From NCBI GenBank assembly GCA_963780185.1, contig CAWABA010000001.1:32001-96000 (forward strand): DNA of 64,000 nucleotides. The letters run 5' to 3'. The stretch is from Candidatus Bathyarchaeota archaeon (GTDB lineage Archaea; Thermoproteota; Bathyarchaeia; Bathyarchaeales; Bathycorpusculaceae). Shown in pieces: positions 40,123-50,044 of this stretch (within the stretch, counting starts at the first letter, position 1; every line of letters starts with the position of its first letter). A model generated the notes under the pieces. That model was not told the DNA's origin, searched no databases, and worked only from the letters and a program-made list of their open reading frames with translations. A program made the position numbers and the translations under genes.

Positions 40123-42762
40123 TTACTGTGGCGCTGTTGCAGCAGCCGATGTTTCTTGAGTTTTCTTTCTGTTTGCATAGCTTGCCCCAAAGAGTGCGAT
40201 GAGGGCGACGGCGGCGATAACGGCGACTACTATTACTATGTCGTGTCCCATGGCAACGTTGTCTGTCGACGCAGGGGCAGACGCTTGGGCGCTGAAGCCT
40301 TCGGAGAAGCAGTAAATGTTCCAGTCGTTGCATCCGATGTACAGCATGCCGTCAGCTATGGTTGGCGAGGACCAGCTGCTGGAGGGCGTGTAGCCAGTGG
40401 TGATTCTTTCGCCGTTTTTGGTTGTATCCAAGATGAGGATGTGGCGTTCGCTGGTTGCCAAATAGATTTTCCCGTCAGCGTAGGAAGGCGAAACGTAAAG
40501 TTCGTCGCCTGTGTAGGCGCTCCAAACCACGTGTCCGTTGGTTGCGTTGAGGCAAACTATGTTGAAGATGTCGAGGATGTAGAGGTTGCCGTCCACGTAA
40601 ATCGGGGAGGAAACGATGAATTCGGTGGCTCTGGTGTTGATGAAGCTCCATACAAGCTTGCCCGTCTGAGCGTTCACGGCGTAGTAAGCTCCGAAGTCAG
40701 AGGCTGCAAACACCATGCCTGCTGCAACTGAGGGAGAACCAAGCATCTCTGTGCCTCCGAGGAACGAGTGCAAATAAGGAATCGTGAAGTTCCACATAAC
40801 CTGCCCCGAAGCTGCGTCCAGTTTGAAGAGCATTCCGGTTGACGGCTGCTGTGCAGTGAAGTAGACGGCGCCATCCGAGAAGGCTGGTGAGCCCTCGATT
40901 GGTCCGCCCGCAGGAGTCTTCCAAACCACCGCGCCCGTGTCCGCGTTCAACGCGTATAGGTTGCCGTCTAAGGAGCCGATGTAAACCATGCCAGCCGAAA
41001 CCACGGGTGAGGAGGTCAGCATCAAGTTGGCGTATGTGTAATGCAGGTTGCTGCCGACGTAGGTGTGCCAGTTGAGTGCGCCGTGGTCAGCGCTTAAGCA
41101 GTAAACGTAGCCGTCGTCACTTTCAACGTAAACCAAACCGTTTACAACAGCAGGAGAATCTTCAATCGAGCCTCCGGTAGCAAACTTCCAGATGAGCCTT
41201 CCGCTCAACGCATCAAGGGCATAAACGTTCTTGTCCTGTGAACCCGCATAAACCACTCCGTTGACAAGGGACGGCGAAGAAATAACTGACCCGTCGGTTG
41301 TAAACTTCCATGCCACCGTAAGGTTCGAAGGACCCACAGAGGCGGTGGAAGAATGCGATGCGTCAGCCCTAAACATCGTCCAATTGCTAACAACTGAGGA
41401 TTCAATCGGGATCAGCTGGGGCGTCGGCGTCGCCGTGGCAGCTGGGGTGGGGGTCGGAGAACTGGAAGGCGTCGACACCGGAGTGCCGCCGGATCCTATC
41501 GCCCACAGTTCGTCGTTTGTTGAGTACTCTGTTCCTGATGTTGTGTCAACGGCGGAGGTCACTTGGCCTGGGATGATGTACAAGTTTCCGTACGCAACTA
41601 TGGCGGATTCCCTTGGAGCCAGCGCTTCAATTGGAAGCGTCCAGATGACGTTGCCGTTATAGGCGTTTAAGCACGCGAATTGGGAAATTTGTGCGGGACC
41701 ATTGTATGCGGCATGTTGGCCTGTGGTAAGGTAGATTTTTCCGTCTGCAACGGTGGGCATTCCTGGCCACATGAAGTCGGTGTCTGGGCTTCTGTATTTC
41801 CATTGTAGGGCGCCGGTTTTTTCGTTCAAAGCGTACAGGTACCCGTCTTTGTTCATTTCGTAAACGGTTCCGTAGGCGATGGATGGTCCCGTTGTGAAGT
41901 ATCCGTTGGGGTCGGATGGTGGCGTGTATGTCCACATGATTTTGCCGTCGGCAGCGTTGAAGCAGTACATGGTGTTGTCGTCTGTTCCACCTCTGAAGAA
42001 GAAGCCGTCAGAGTAGGCGCCGTCAAAAATCATCGGTCCCTTCGTAAGCGTGTCCCAAACGATTGCACCCGTCGAGGCATTAAGCGCCAACTGCTGGTTT
42101 TCAAAGGAGCCTGCGAAAACTAAGCCGTCGCCGACTGTTGTTCCGATGCCTGCTTGGCCTCCACCTGGAATGTAGGCTGTCCATGCCACGGTGGGTGGTT
42201 TTGATGGGTCAGCGAAGTTCCAGGCGATGATGTAGGAGTTGTCTTTTACGTAGAACATTTTTGTTTCGGGGCTGTAGACGTTGGAGGTGAAGATTCCTGT
42301 GTCAGCGCAGAACGAGGTGCTGGTCCAAAGGATTTTGCCTGTGGATGGGTCAAGACAGCTGCCTTCCACCACCAAGTGGGAAGGATCGATTTCGTAGGCT
42401 ATTGGCCACGTCTTATTGAGCGGAATTATGGTGCTCCACGCAATTTGCCCAGCTTGGTTTACGGCGACAAGGGAGGTGTTGGTTCCGACGAAGATTAGTC
42501 CGTCGAAGGCTGTTAGGTCCGGTTGTATGCCGGGTATATTGGCTTTCCAAAGTACGCTGGAAGTGCTGGGGGCTGGTCCCGCTGAGTAACGGGTAAATGC
42601 TTCGTTTCCTTGGAATTGTGGCCAGTCATACTGATTCAAATTTGAATTTGTGCTGTTGCTTGCCTGAGCTTTCGCATTGATCTGCAAAGTTGAAATTGAC
42701 GCGAAAAATGACGAAGCAACAAGTACTGTGAGAATAGCTATAACTAAGATTTTTTTGAGAAT
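40123..42762 (-). CDS. Surface protein with two PQQ-type beta-propellers and a C-terminal TM
   Basis: WPQFQG and WTMFRAD propeller starts, SSP..VY.GS.D repeats. The signal peptide extends in frame to ATT at 42762. Confidence 0.85.
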   Translation of the reverse strand: MLKKILVIAILTVLVASSFFASISTLQINAKAQASNSTNSNLNQYDWPQFQGNEAFTRYSAGPAPSTSSVLWKANIPGIQPDLTAFDGLIFVGTNTSLVAVNQAGQIAWSTIIPLNKTWPIAYEIDPSHLVVEGSCLDPSTGKILWTSTSFCADTGIFTSNVYSPETKMFYVKDNSYIIAWNFADPSKPPTVAWTAYIPGGGQAGIGTTVGDGLVFAGSFENQQLALNASTGAIVWDTLTKGPMIFDGAYSDGFFFRGGTDDNTMYCFNAADGKIMWTYTPPSDPNGYFTTGPSIAYGTVYEMNKDGYLYALNEKTGALQWKYRSPDTDFMWPGMPTVADGKIYLTTGQHAAYNGPAQISQFACLNAYNGNVIWTLPIEALAPRESAIVAYGNLYIIPGQVTSAVDTTSGTEYSTNDELWAIGSGGTPVSTPSSSPTPTPAATATPTPQLIPIESSVVSNWTMFRADASHSSTASVGPSNLTVAWKFTTDGSVISSPSLVNGVVYAGSQDKNVYALDALSGRLIWKFATGGSIEDSPAVVNGLVYVESDDGYVYCLSADHGALNWHTYVGSNLHYTYANLMLTSSPVVSAGMVYIGSLDGNLYALNADTGAVVWKTPAGGPIEGSPAFSDGAVYFTAQQPSTGMLFKLDAASGQVMWNFTIPYLHSFLGGTEMLGSPSVAAGMVFAASDFGAYYAVNAQTGKLVWSFINTRATEFIVSSPIYVDGNLYILDIFNIVCLNATNGHVVWSAYTGDELYVSPSYADGKIYLATSERHILILDTTKNGERITTGYTPSSSWSSPTIADGMLYIGCNDWNIYCFSEGFSAQASAPASTDNVAMGHDIVIVVAVIAAVALIALFGASYANRKKTQETSAAATAPQ

Positions 42763-42992
42763 TGATAGTACCCCCTAATACCAAACATTTGCACATCTCT
42801 AATTAAGAGATTGACGCCTTGCCACCAGTCACTTATTGACAGTTGATTTCACTATAAACCTTACGGAAACCCCCTGCTTGCGCCTCGTGGCATAAAAAAA
42901 GCAGGAAAATGCTGTTTTGGCGAAAAATGAAAACAAGTGAGCTACCGCACAATCTTTTTTAGGTTGAAAGGAAACCTTAACATAAATATTGA

Positions 42993-44090
42993 ATGGGCGA
43001 GAGGGTGGATTTTGGCTTGACGAATAAAGGTCCTTTACTTATGACTTCTTGGAGGGCAACAGGCGCATGTAACGCCCGCTGCAAATACTGCAACGTCGAC
43101 GCCAACGGCTCCAAAGCCCCCAGGGAACTCACAACTCAAGAAGCCTTCCACCTTGTGGATGAAGTGGCAAAGTTCGGCGTCCGCTGGTTCGGCATCAAAG
43201 GCGGCGAACCACTCACACGCCCAGACATCTTTGAAATCACCAAATACGCCAAAAGCAAAGGCCTAAACGTTTGCCTGCTCACCAACGGCGCCTTCGTCGA
43301 CGGCTCCATCTACGACAACCTCGTCAGAGACCAAATCTGGACCAGCGTCAGCATCGACGGACCTGAAGAAATCAACGATCAACTCCGCGGCAAAGGCAGC
43401 TACCGCAAGGCGTTGGCCGCCATCGAGAAACTCAGCAAGGGCAAAATCCTCAACGGCTTAGCCTGCGCCATAACCACCATAAACTACCAGCATCTTGACC
43501 ATGTCTGCGAGTTGGCGGAGAAGTACCACGCGAACTTCGTCTGGTTCAACCATCTTGTCCCCAGCGGGAGAGCCAAGGAAATGGCTGACCTTACCCCCTC
43601 GCCTGAACAGTATGAGTGGGTGCTCAACCACATTTGGGACCTCACCGAAAAATACGAGGGCAAATTCGAAATCCACGTTCACTGCCCCCACTTTGCCCGC
43701 GTCGTCAAAATGCGCGGCATCCCAAACTTCGATGAATGGTACGAGCACAAGTTCCACGGCAAATGCACCTACTTCGCTTTCGGCGGCTACGTTTCCGTCA
43801 CGGAGAACGGCGACCTCATCCCATGCTTCTACACGGACCTCACACCCACCGAGCACCAGCGGCTGGGCAACATCCGAAACAAATCGTTGCAGGATGCATG
43901 GAAAGATGTCAAAGCCTCACCGTTCTACAGCAGCTTCCAAGACCGCAACCTACTCAAGGGCAAATGCGGAGTATGCGAGTACCGTGAAATCTGCGGAGGA
44001 TGCAGAAACCGCGCGTACGCTTACACAGGCGACATGTACGCTGAGGACCCTGCATGCGTTTACATCCCTGAAAGCCTGCGCAAGAAGTAG
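42993..44090 (+). CDS. Radical SAM/SPASM protein (AhbC/D-NirJ/PqqE-like)
   Basis: CNARCKYC, GGEPL, SPASM cysteines GKCGVCEYREICGGCRNRA..DPAC. Confidence 0.9.
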   Translation: MGERVDFGLTNKGPLLMTSWRATGACNARCKYCNVDANGSKAPRELTTQEAFHLVDEVAKFGVRWFGIKGGEPLTRPDIFEITKYAKSKGLNVCLLTNGAFVDGSIYDNLVRDQIWTSVSIDGPEEINDQLRGKGSYRKALAAIEKLSKGKILNGLACAITTINYQHLDHVCELAEKYHANFVWFNHLVPSGRAKEMADLTPSPEQYEWVLNHIWDLTEKYEGKFEIHVHCPHFARVVKMRGIPNFDEWYEHKFHGKCTYFAFGGYVSVTENGDLIPCFYTDLTPTEHQRLGNIRNKSLQDAWKDVKASPFYSSFQDRNLLKGKCGVCEYREICGGCRNRAYAYTGDMYAEDPACVYIPESLRKK

Positions 44091-44159
44091 CCCCGACTTT
44101 TCCATCTTTTAAGAGAAAACCTCTTTATTCCTTAAGACCCGAGTTAGATAAGAGCAGAA

Positions 44160-46437
44160 ATGAAAGCAGCCGCCTTTGTGTTCTGACTGTGCTGTTTTTG
44201 GCTTCAGCCATTTTGGCAAGCGTTGCCTCCGCAGAACAGCCCAGCGGCAGGTGCGTGGCCAATGTTTCACGGTGACCTCAACGCATTCGGGCGCTTCAAA
44301 TTCTCAGGCGTCCGAAGACGAACCAGACTCTGTGGAAATTTAATACGGGCGGTCAAGTGGATTCGCCCACTGTTGTCGGCGGCGTGGTTTACGTTGGCTC
44401 ATTTGACCACAAAATCTACGCTTTTAACGCTTCCAACGGCAGCGGAATTGTGGGGTTCACTTACGGGCGGAATCGTGATTTCTCGTCCCGCGGTTGTAGA
44501 CGGCGTGGTTTACGTGGGTTCAGAGGACCATAACCTCTACGCCTTGGACGCTCGAAACGGCGTTCAACTGTGGAATTACACCGCGGGATACTATGTTGAT
44601 TGCGACCCCGCTGTCGCCAACGGGGTAGTTTACTTTGGCTCCGAAGACCACAACGTCTACGCCGTCAACGCCGCAACAGGCGCTTACATATGGAACTACA
44701 CGACTGGAAACAAAATCATGATGTCCTCCCCCACAGTTAGCAACGGAATAGTTTACATCGGCTCAGAAGACAACAAAATCTACGCCCTAAACGCATCCAA
44801 CGGCGCCTTAATTTGGAGTTACACAACAGGCGGCCAAGTGGCTTCTTCTCCAGCCGTCAGCAACGGCGTAGTGTACGTGGGCTCACGACGATGGCACCCT
44901 TTACGCGTTAAATGCTGACAGCGGCAAATCAATCTGGAACTTCACAACTGGAGCAGCCATCTACTCTTCCCCCTGCGTAGGCAACGGATTAGTCTACGTG
45001 GGTTCAACAGACACCAAAGTTTACGCATTAAATGCCGCAAACGGAAAATCCGTTTGGAAATTCGCAACGGGCGCGGCAGTAGCTTCTTCTCCAACCTTTG
45101 ACGGCGGCGTGGTTTACGTCGGGTCAGAAAACAGCATAGTTTACGCCTTTGACGCTTCAAACGGCGGTTTGCTTGTGGAACTACACGACTGGGGACATGG
45201 TTATTTCCCATCCTGCAGTGGCTCAAGGCGTGGTTTATGTTGGCGGTTGGGACGGCAAACTTTACGCCTTAAACGCTGCAGACGGCAAGCTATGTTTGGA
45301 GTTTTGCGACTGGCGGCGAGATTGATTCTTCCCCGACCGTGTCTGGCGGCTTAGTGTATGTTGGTTCCCATGACGGCACAGTGTACGCTTTGAATGCTTC
45401 CACGGGAATGGTTGGCTACAACTTGGAGATGCATAACAACGTTGTTTGGAGCTACACGACCGAGGGCATGATTATGTTTTCTTCGCCGCGGTTGCCGACG
45501 GCAAAGTTTACGTGGGCTCCTACGACGACAACGTTTACGCTTTGAACGCTTTGACAGGCGCTTTGATTTGGAGCTTCAAAACGGGTGACTCAGTGGTTTC
45601 TTCGCCTGCAGTGGAAAACGGCGTGGTCTATGTTGGCTCGGAAGACCATAAAATCTACGCTTTAAACGCCTCCGACGGCAAGCTTGATATGGCAGTTCAC
45701 CACTGGCGGCCAGATAACGGTGTCTTCTCCCGCAGTCTACGACGGCAAAGTCTACATTGGCTCAAACGACGAAAACGTCTACTGCCTTAAACGCTTCAAA
45801 CGGAACCCTCATGTGGAAGTACGCGACAGACGGCTACGTGGTTTCTTCCCCTGCCGTGGCAAACGGGCATGGTTTACGTGGGCTCATACGACCACAAAAT
45901 TTACGCTTTAAACGCCTTAAGCGGCAAGCTTGTTTGGAAATATGCCACAGGCGGAGGCGTTGCATCGTCGCCTGCATTAGCCGACGGCTTAGTCTACGTT
46001 GGCTCGGCAGATGACAAGGTTTATGCTTTGGATGCATCCGACGGCAAAGCTCATGTGGAGCTACATAACGGGCGGGCAAGTTGCGTCTTCGCCTGCTGTT
46101 TCAAACGGAATTGTTTACGTCGGCTCATACGACGGCAACGTTTATGCTCTTAACGCCAAAACAGGCGCATAAATCTGGAGCTACGCAACTGGAGAGGAAT
46201 GGTGGTTTCTTCGCCAGCCATGGCCGACAACGCCGTTTACGTTGGCTCATACAACAACATGCTCTATGCCTTCGGCTCACTCATTCAACCACAACATCGG
46301 TTCAAACGGCATACGCAGCTGAACAATTTGCTGTCGTTGCAGTGGTTTTAGCGGCGATTGTCACTGCCGCAACGCTGGTTGCTACCAGATTTCTCAAGAA
46401 AAAAGGAAAAAAATTCACAGCGTCATGTTTTGAGTGA
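44160..46437 (+). pseudogene. PQQ-repeat beta-propeller surface protein (~16 repeats), multiply frameshifted
   Basis: SSPAV..GVVYVGS.D..YALNA..G..W repeats at a ~120-bp period, spread over all three frames; signal peptide at the 5' end, TM + basic tail at the 3' end. Confidence 0.8.
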
Positions 46438-46451
46438 GAATGCATGAAGGT

Positions 46452-47195
46452 CTATTTTTCGACGAGTTCAGCTTTGGTTATGTCGAGAACCGCGAAGCCT
46501 TTCCTTTTCACCTTGCGGCTTTGAACGATTTTGAGGCGCTTCTTAAACAACGGGGCATCGGTGACAAGCGTGTGGAACTCGATATTGCTTACCGCCGTTC
46601 CCGTTTCCTTGCTTTTGCTGCGAATCGCCGCCAAAAAGTCGGCATCCACTTTTCGCCCAAGCCAGTCTTCACTCAAAAAGTCAGTGTCAACAACGATTAA
46701 CGTTGCTTCAAACCCGCTCTGGGTGAAAGCCTCGATGTTCGCGTCTTCGCCGATGCCTTTGAGCGGAAAAATCATCTTCACCTTTAGCTCTTCACAGATT
46801 GGGGTAAGCATCGACATGTGGACTGCCGCTTGGTCTTCTTCGGCGCCCCACGCAATTCCCTCAACAGGCGGATTCAGGCTGCTAACCGTCGCCTTGAACT
46901 GGTCAACAAACCCCATCATCGAAACTTCAGGCTGAACAATCGGCAAACCCAACGCCTTCGCCTGCAACGCGATGATTTCCGGGTTAACTTCATGCGGAAC
47001 ATCCTTGTAGGGCTTCATCCTCGACAGCTTCATCAGAACCGAACCCGCCAAACTTTTGATTCTGTTAGGTTTGGGATGCGGAGGTTCTTTGAATATGAAG
47101 TTTATGAGTGTAGTAACGTTGTTTCCTTCCGAAATGGCGCCTGAGCAAGCTAAGTAGCTGTCTTTGCCGCCAGTCCACATTGAGGCAACTCGCAA
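46452..47195 (-). CDS. Diphthine-ammonia ligase (Dph6/DUF71)-like PP-loop ATP pyrophosphatase, divergent
   Basis: WTGGKDS, LQAKALGLP, WLGR, EFHTLVTDAPLF. Confidence 0.8.
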   Translation of the reverse strand: MRVASMWTGGKDSYLACSGAISEGNNVTTLINFIFKEPPHPKPNRIKSLAGSVLMKLSRMKPYKDVPHEVNPEIIALQAKALGLPIVQPEVSMMGFVDQFKATVSSLNPPVEGIAWGAEEDQAAVHMSMLTPICEELKVKMIFPLKGIGEDANIEAFTQSGFEATLIVVDTDFLSEDWLGRKVDADFLAAIRSKSKETGTAVSNIEFHTLVTDAPLFKKRLKIVQSRKVKRKGFAVLDITKAELVEK

Positions 47196-47382
47196 AATCT
47201 TCCCCGCAAAAAGCGTCAACCCCACCTTATAAAAACGTAACGGTGGAAGGGTATTTTTAAATAAAAATACTGAAATTCTCAATATTAAATTGGGTTTAAA
47301 AGAAAATGAACGTTAGAACGTTGAGACATTGAGACTAAACTTAGCTTCATAATCTTAAGGAATCTTGGCATTTTTCAGTCGT

Positions 47383-47985
47383 TCAGTCTTTTTGTTCCTT
47401 TTTTGAATCGCAGTTCCAATCAAACCGCTTCTCAAAATTAGACCGTAAATTCTTATCATCTTTAAGCTGTTTAACATAAGTCTCAAAATGCTTTTTTAAT
47501 TCCAAAACAAGCGTATGAGGGTTAACAATAAGTCTTTCCCCTTCTTCAGTTGGAGATATAGGTGGGAAACCTTCACCCAAAAGCATAATGTCGCTTTCAG
47601 TTAAGCCATGATGGTAAAGACCGCACCTAACATTATAATACATCTTTTCAGGAATCCAAGGATACTGTTTACATAATTCTGGGAAAACCATCTTTAATCC
47701 TTCAGCAAAATATTTGCGTGCTCCGCCAATCTTACAAGATCCATCTCTGTACTTGGCAATCATTTCAAAATAACTCATGAGTATGTCTAAAGTGGCATAA
47801 CCTGAGCCTACAATCTGCACTATTATAATTGTTCCATTATTTATTTTTACACCGTTAATAACCATATCCGCAATATCCAATTGCCATCCAGTAACTCTTT
47901 CATAAAAGATTTGTATTTTATTATCAAGTGTAAGCGCCTCTGGGAAATCGCTCCTTTTATGAAACGGTGTTATCATGTAATCCAA
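47383..47985 (-). CDS. Hypothetical protein with HEPN-like RxxxxH motif
   Basis: YYNVRCGLYHHG. Confidence 0.6.
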   Translation of the reverse strand: MDYMITPFHKRSDFPEALTLDNKIQIFYERVTGWQLDIADMVINGVKINNGTIIIVQIVGSGYATLDILMSYFEMIAKYRDGSCKIGGARKYFAEGLKMVFPELCKQYPWIPEKMYYNVRCGLYHHGLTESDIMLLGEGFPPISPTEEGERLIVNPHTLVLELKKHFETYVKQLKDDKNLRSNFEKRFDWNCDSKKEQKD

Positions 47986-48091
47986 TATTATCCCATAGCA
48001 CCAAATTCATTGTTTGCAGATTTAAGACTTATCTCTAAGTTTCTAACCCTTGATTTAATCAATTGATTAATAGGAATTCGTGGAATGATTT

Positions 48092-48385
48092 TTAGGCATT
48101 TAAGATTCTTGCAACCTCTTCTGCTGGGATTGTTCTCACTGTCTCGTTTGTGATTGCGTTTTTGACATATACCAACCCATAAAGTGAAATATGCTTAGAT
48201 TGAGACTTTTGAAGACGGAAACCTGTTGGTAGATTCAATCTTTTTCTAAGTTCTTTCAAGTTAGGGTCAGTTGAGCCACGTTTACTTTTGGTGAAAAGGG
48301 TTATGTGCTTCTTTGCGGCGACTGCCGCTAATCTAAGTCTACCATCTGGCGGAAGTTTTATTTCACAGGTAGGCTCTTTTTTCAC
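48092..48385 (-). CDS. Small basic hypothetical protein with FlaG-like C-terminus
   Basis: VYVKNAITNETVRTIPAEEVARIL. Confidence 0.5.
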   Translation of the reverse strand: MKKEPTCEIKLPPDGRLRLAAVAAKKHITLFTKSKRGSTDPNLKELRKRLNLPTGFRLQKSQSKHISLYGLVYVKNAITNETVRTIPAEEVARILNA

Positions 48386-48437
48386 ACCAAATCCCTTCTG
48401 ATAATTTCATTATTGTATGCGATTCAGTTTTAAGCTT

Positions 48438-48842
48438 TTACTGCTTGATTATATTACCGAAATTGAGGTTTTTGGGAAATGTTATTTTTATGCCTTCTTT
48501 TTGGTTGAAATCAAACCTTATAGAATTTACAATACTACAAAAAAACTCTAAGTCTCTAACGATGTAAATCCAGTCATTTGAGAGCTCTTTGGTTAGGGTG
48601 TGGTATAGATTCATTTTATTTTGCAATGTTATTGAGAATTTAACCACTTTATCCAAGTCATAATTCTTAGAATCAGAATAAGAAGCGATTGTATTAACCA
48701 ACTGCAAAATAGTTTGAATATTTTCCTTTATCACCAAAGAATTCTTTGGGTCATTCTCTAACCTGAGAATTTGCAGAGTTGCCCCACATATCAACTCTTT
48801 ATCCTTAACAAGCATCAAGCGTTCTGTTTCGGAAATCTGCAT
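48438..48842 (-). CDS. Hypothetical protein
   Basis: 134-aa ORF with its own promoter-like motif 26 bp upstream. Confidence 0.6.
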   Translation of the reverse strand: MQISETERLMLVKDKELICGATLQILRLENDPKNSLVIKENIQTILQLVNTIASYSDSKNYDLDKVVKFSITLQNKMNLYHTLTKELSNDWIYIVRDLEFFCSIVNSIRFDFNQKEGIKITFPKNLNFGNIIKQ

Positions 48843-48878
48843 AGCGGTATCTTTACAGTTTCAACCTTTTAGTTTTTG

Positions 48879-49613
48879 CTATTTCTTATTTTTGTCTTTT
48901 AATCGGTTTCCCTCTTCATGCAGTTGCATTAGCTTTTTCAGCGTTTGAGTCTTAAAATCAGGCTCAATGATTTCGGCAAAATTGACTATTAATAGGTTTA
49001 TTAACGAAAATTCAACATGTGGATAAAATGCAATTCTTGCAATAGATGGTTTGAATTCTGGTTTATGAGCCACATGAAGGCTACTATTTGAAAGGTCAAC
49101 TGCCATTAAAGAACTAATTGATTTAAAATCAGAATGAACGTAACCACAAAGTATTCTATACGCTTCTAAAAATTGTTCGTAATTTCCAATAGCGTTAAGT
49201 TCTTTCTTTATGGTATGAATTTTTAGTTCTCCCTTAAGCCATTTTAAGGCGTTCTCATTGGCTATTTGTTTGTCTTCACATAATACAACATACATTATAA
49301 CGCATAAATTTTCAAACAAGCTTCTTTGAATTATTTCTGTGTCATAATAATAACCTTTCATGTCTAAATCAAAACAAGCTTTCAAAGTCATTATTGCCCT
49401 TGAACTTAACATTAAAACAACCGAGTCTCTATAATCAAAAATTATTTCTCGGGTTATCGATTGATTACCTATATGCTCATTTAAACTATACAATAACTCG
49501 TAAGTCTCAATATGATTTCTTATTTGGTCTCCAAACAATGCCTTAGATTTTTCAATATTTTCTTTCTCTGCTTCAGATATTTCCCCAAAAGGTGTTGGGC
49601 TTTTGCTCAGCAT
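48879..49613 (-). CDS. Hypothetical protein, DUF5677/HEPN-like
   Basis: RSLFE and YRILCGYVH motifs. Confidence 0.6.
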   Translation of the reverse strand: MLSKSPTPFGEISEAEKENIEKSKALFGDQIRNHIETYELLYSLNEHIGNQSITREIIFDYRDSVVLMLSSRAIMTLKACFDLDMKGYYYDTEIIQRSLFENLCVIMYVVLCEDKQIANENALKWLKGELKIHTIKKELNAIGNYEQFLEAYRILCGYVHSDFKSISSLMAVDLSNSSLHVAHKPEFKPSIARIAFYPHVEFSLINLLIVNFAEIIEPDFKTQTLKKLMQLHEEGNRLKDKNKK

Positions 49614-50044
49614 GCTCTCAGTATTCTATCACTTTGCATTTAGTTTTTGCTATCAAGAAAGAAACTTGGCTTAATCTTATGGAGATGAGAAAGACCTAAC
49701 TCAGAAACATCTATCTTTCCTTTAACCACTTAACCAACCTATGAGATTCTCGTTTATTGTCTGATTGTTCAAGGGGCGATCTATCTTCGGCACTATGCTT
49801 GAAGCCAACAATGAGATATTTCATGCGTTATAGAATATTCTATAGCTTCTTTAGCTAATATTGCCCGATAGGCGGGTGAAGCATATACGGAAAGCATCTA
49901 CAGTGAAAAGTGGGTTAACGGTAAGCGGTTGAAGATGCTCAACTTTCTTTCTTCAAGCTATCTTCCGCCTTTAGCAAAAGGTTAAAATCCCAAAAATAAT
50001 ATGCTTAAGAACTGTAACCTCGGCAGAATGACTAATCATTCTAC

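Larger units (their letters stand above)
47283..49980. other. AT-rich accessory island with four co-oriented small ORFs
   Basis: Visibly lower GC than the flanks; no integrase present. Confidence 0.65.

Noticed and set aside
40123-46437. PQQ biosynthesis operon (PqqE-like rSAM next to PQQ-repeat genes)
   Set aside because: No pqqA/B/C/D was recognised. The repeats are generic BamB-like propeller blades without evident dehydrogenase motifs.
49829-49844. Palindrome TATAGAATATTCTATA upstream of the second B12-rSAM (50045) as another element copy
   Set aside because: It shares only the AATATT core, has no G-box at 129 bp, and could arise by chance in AT-rich DNA.
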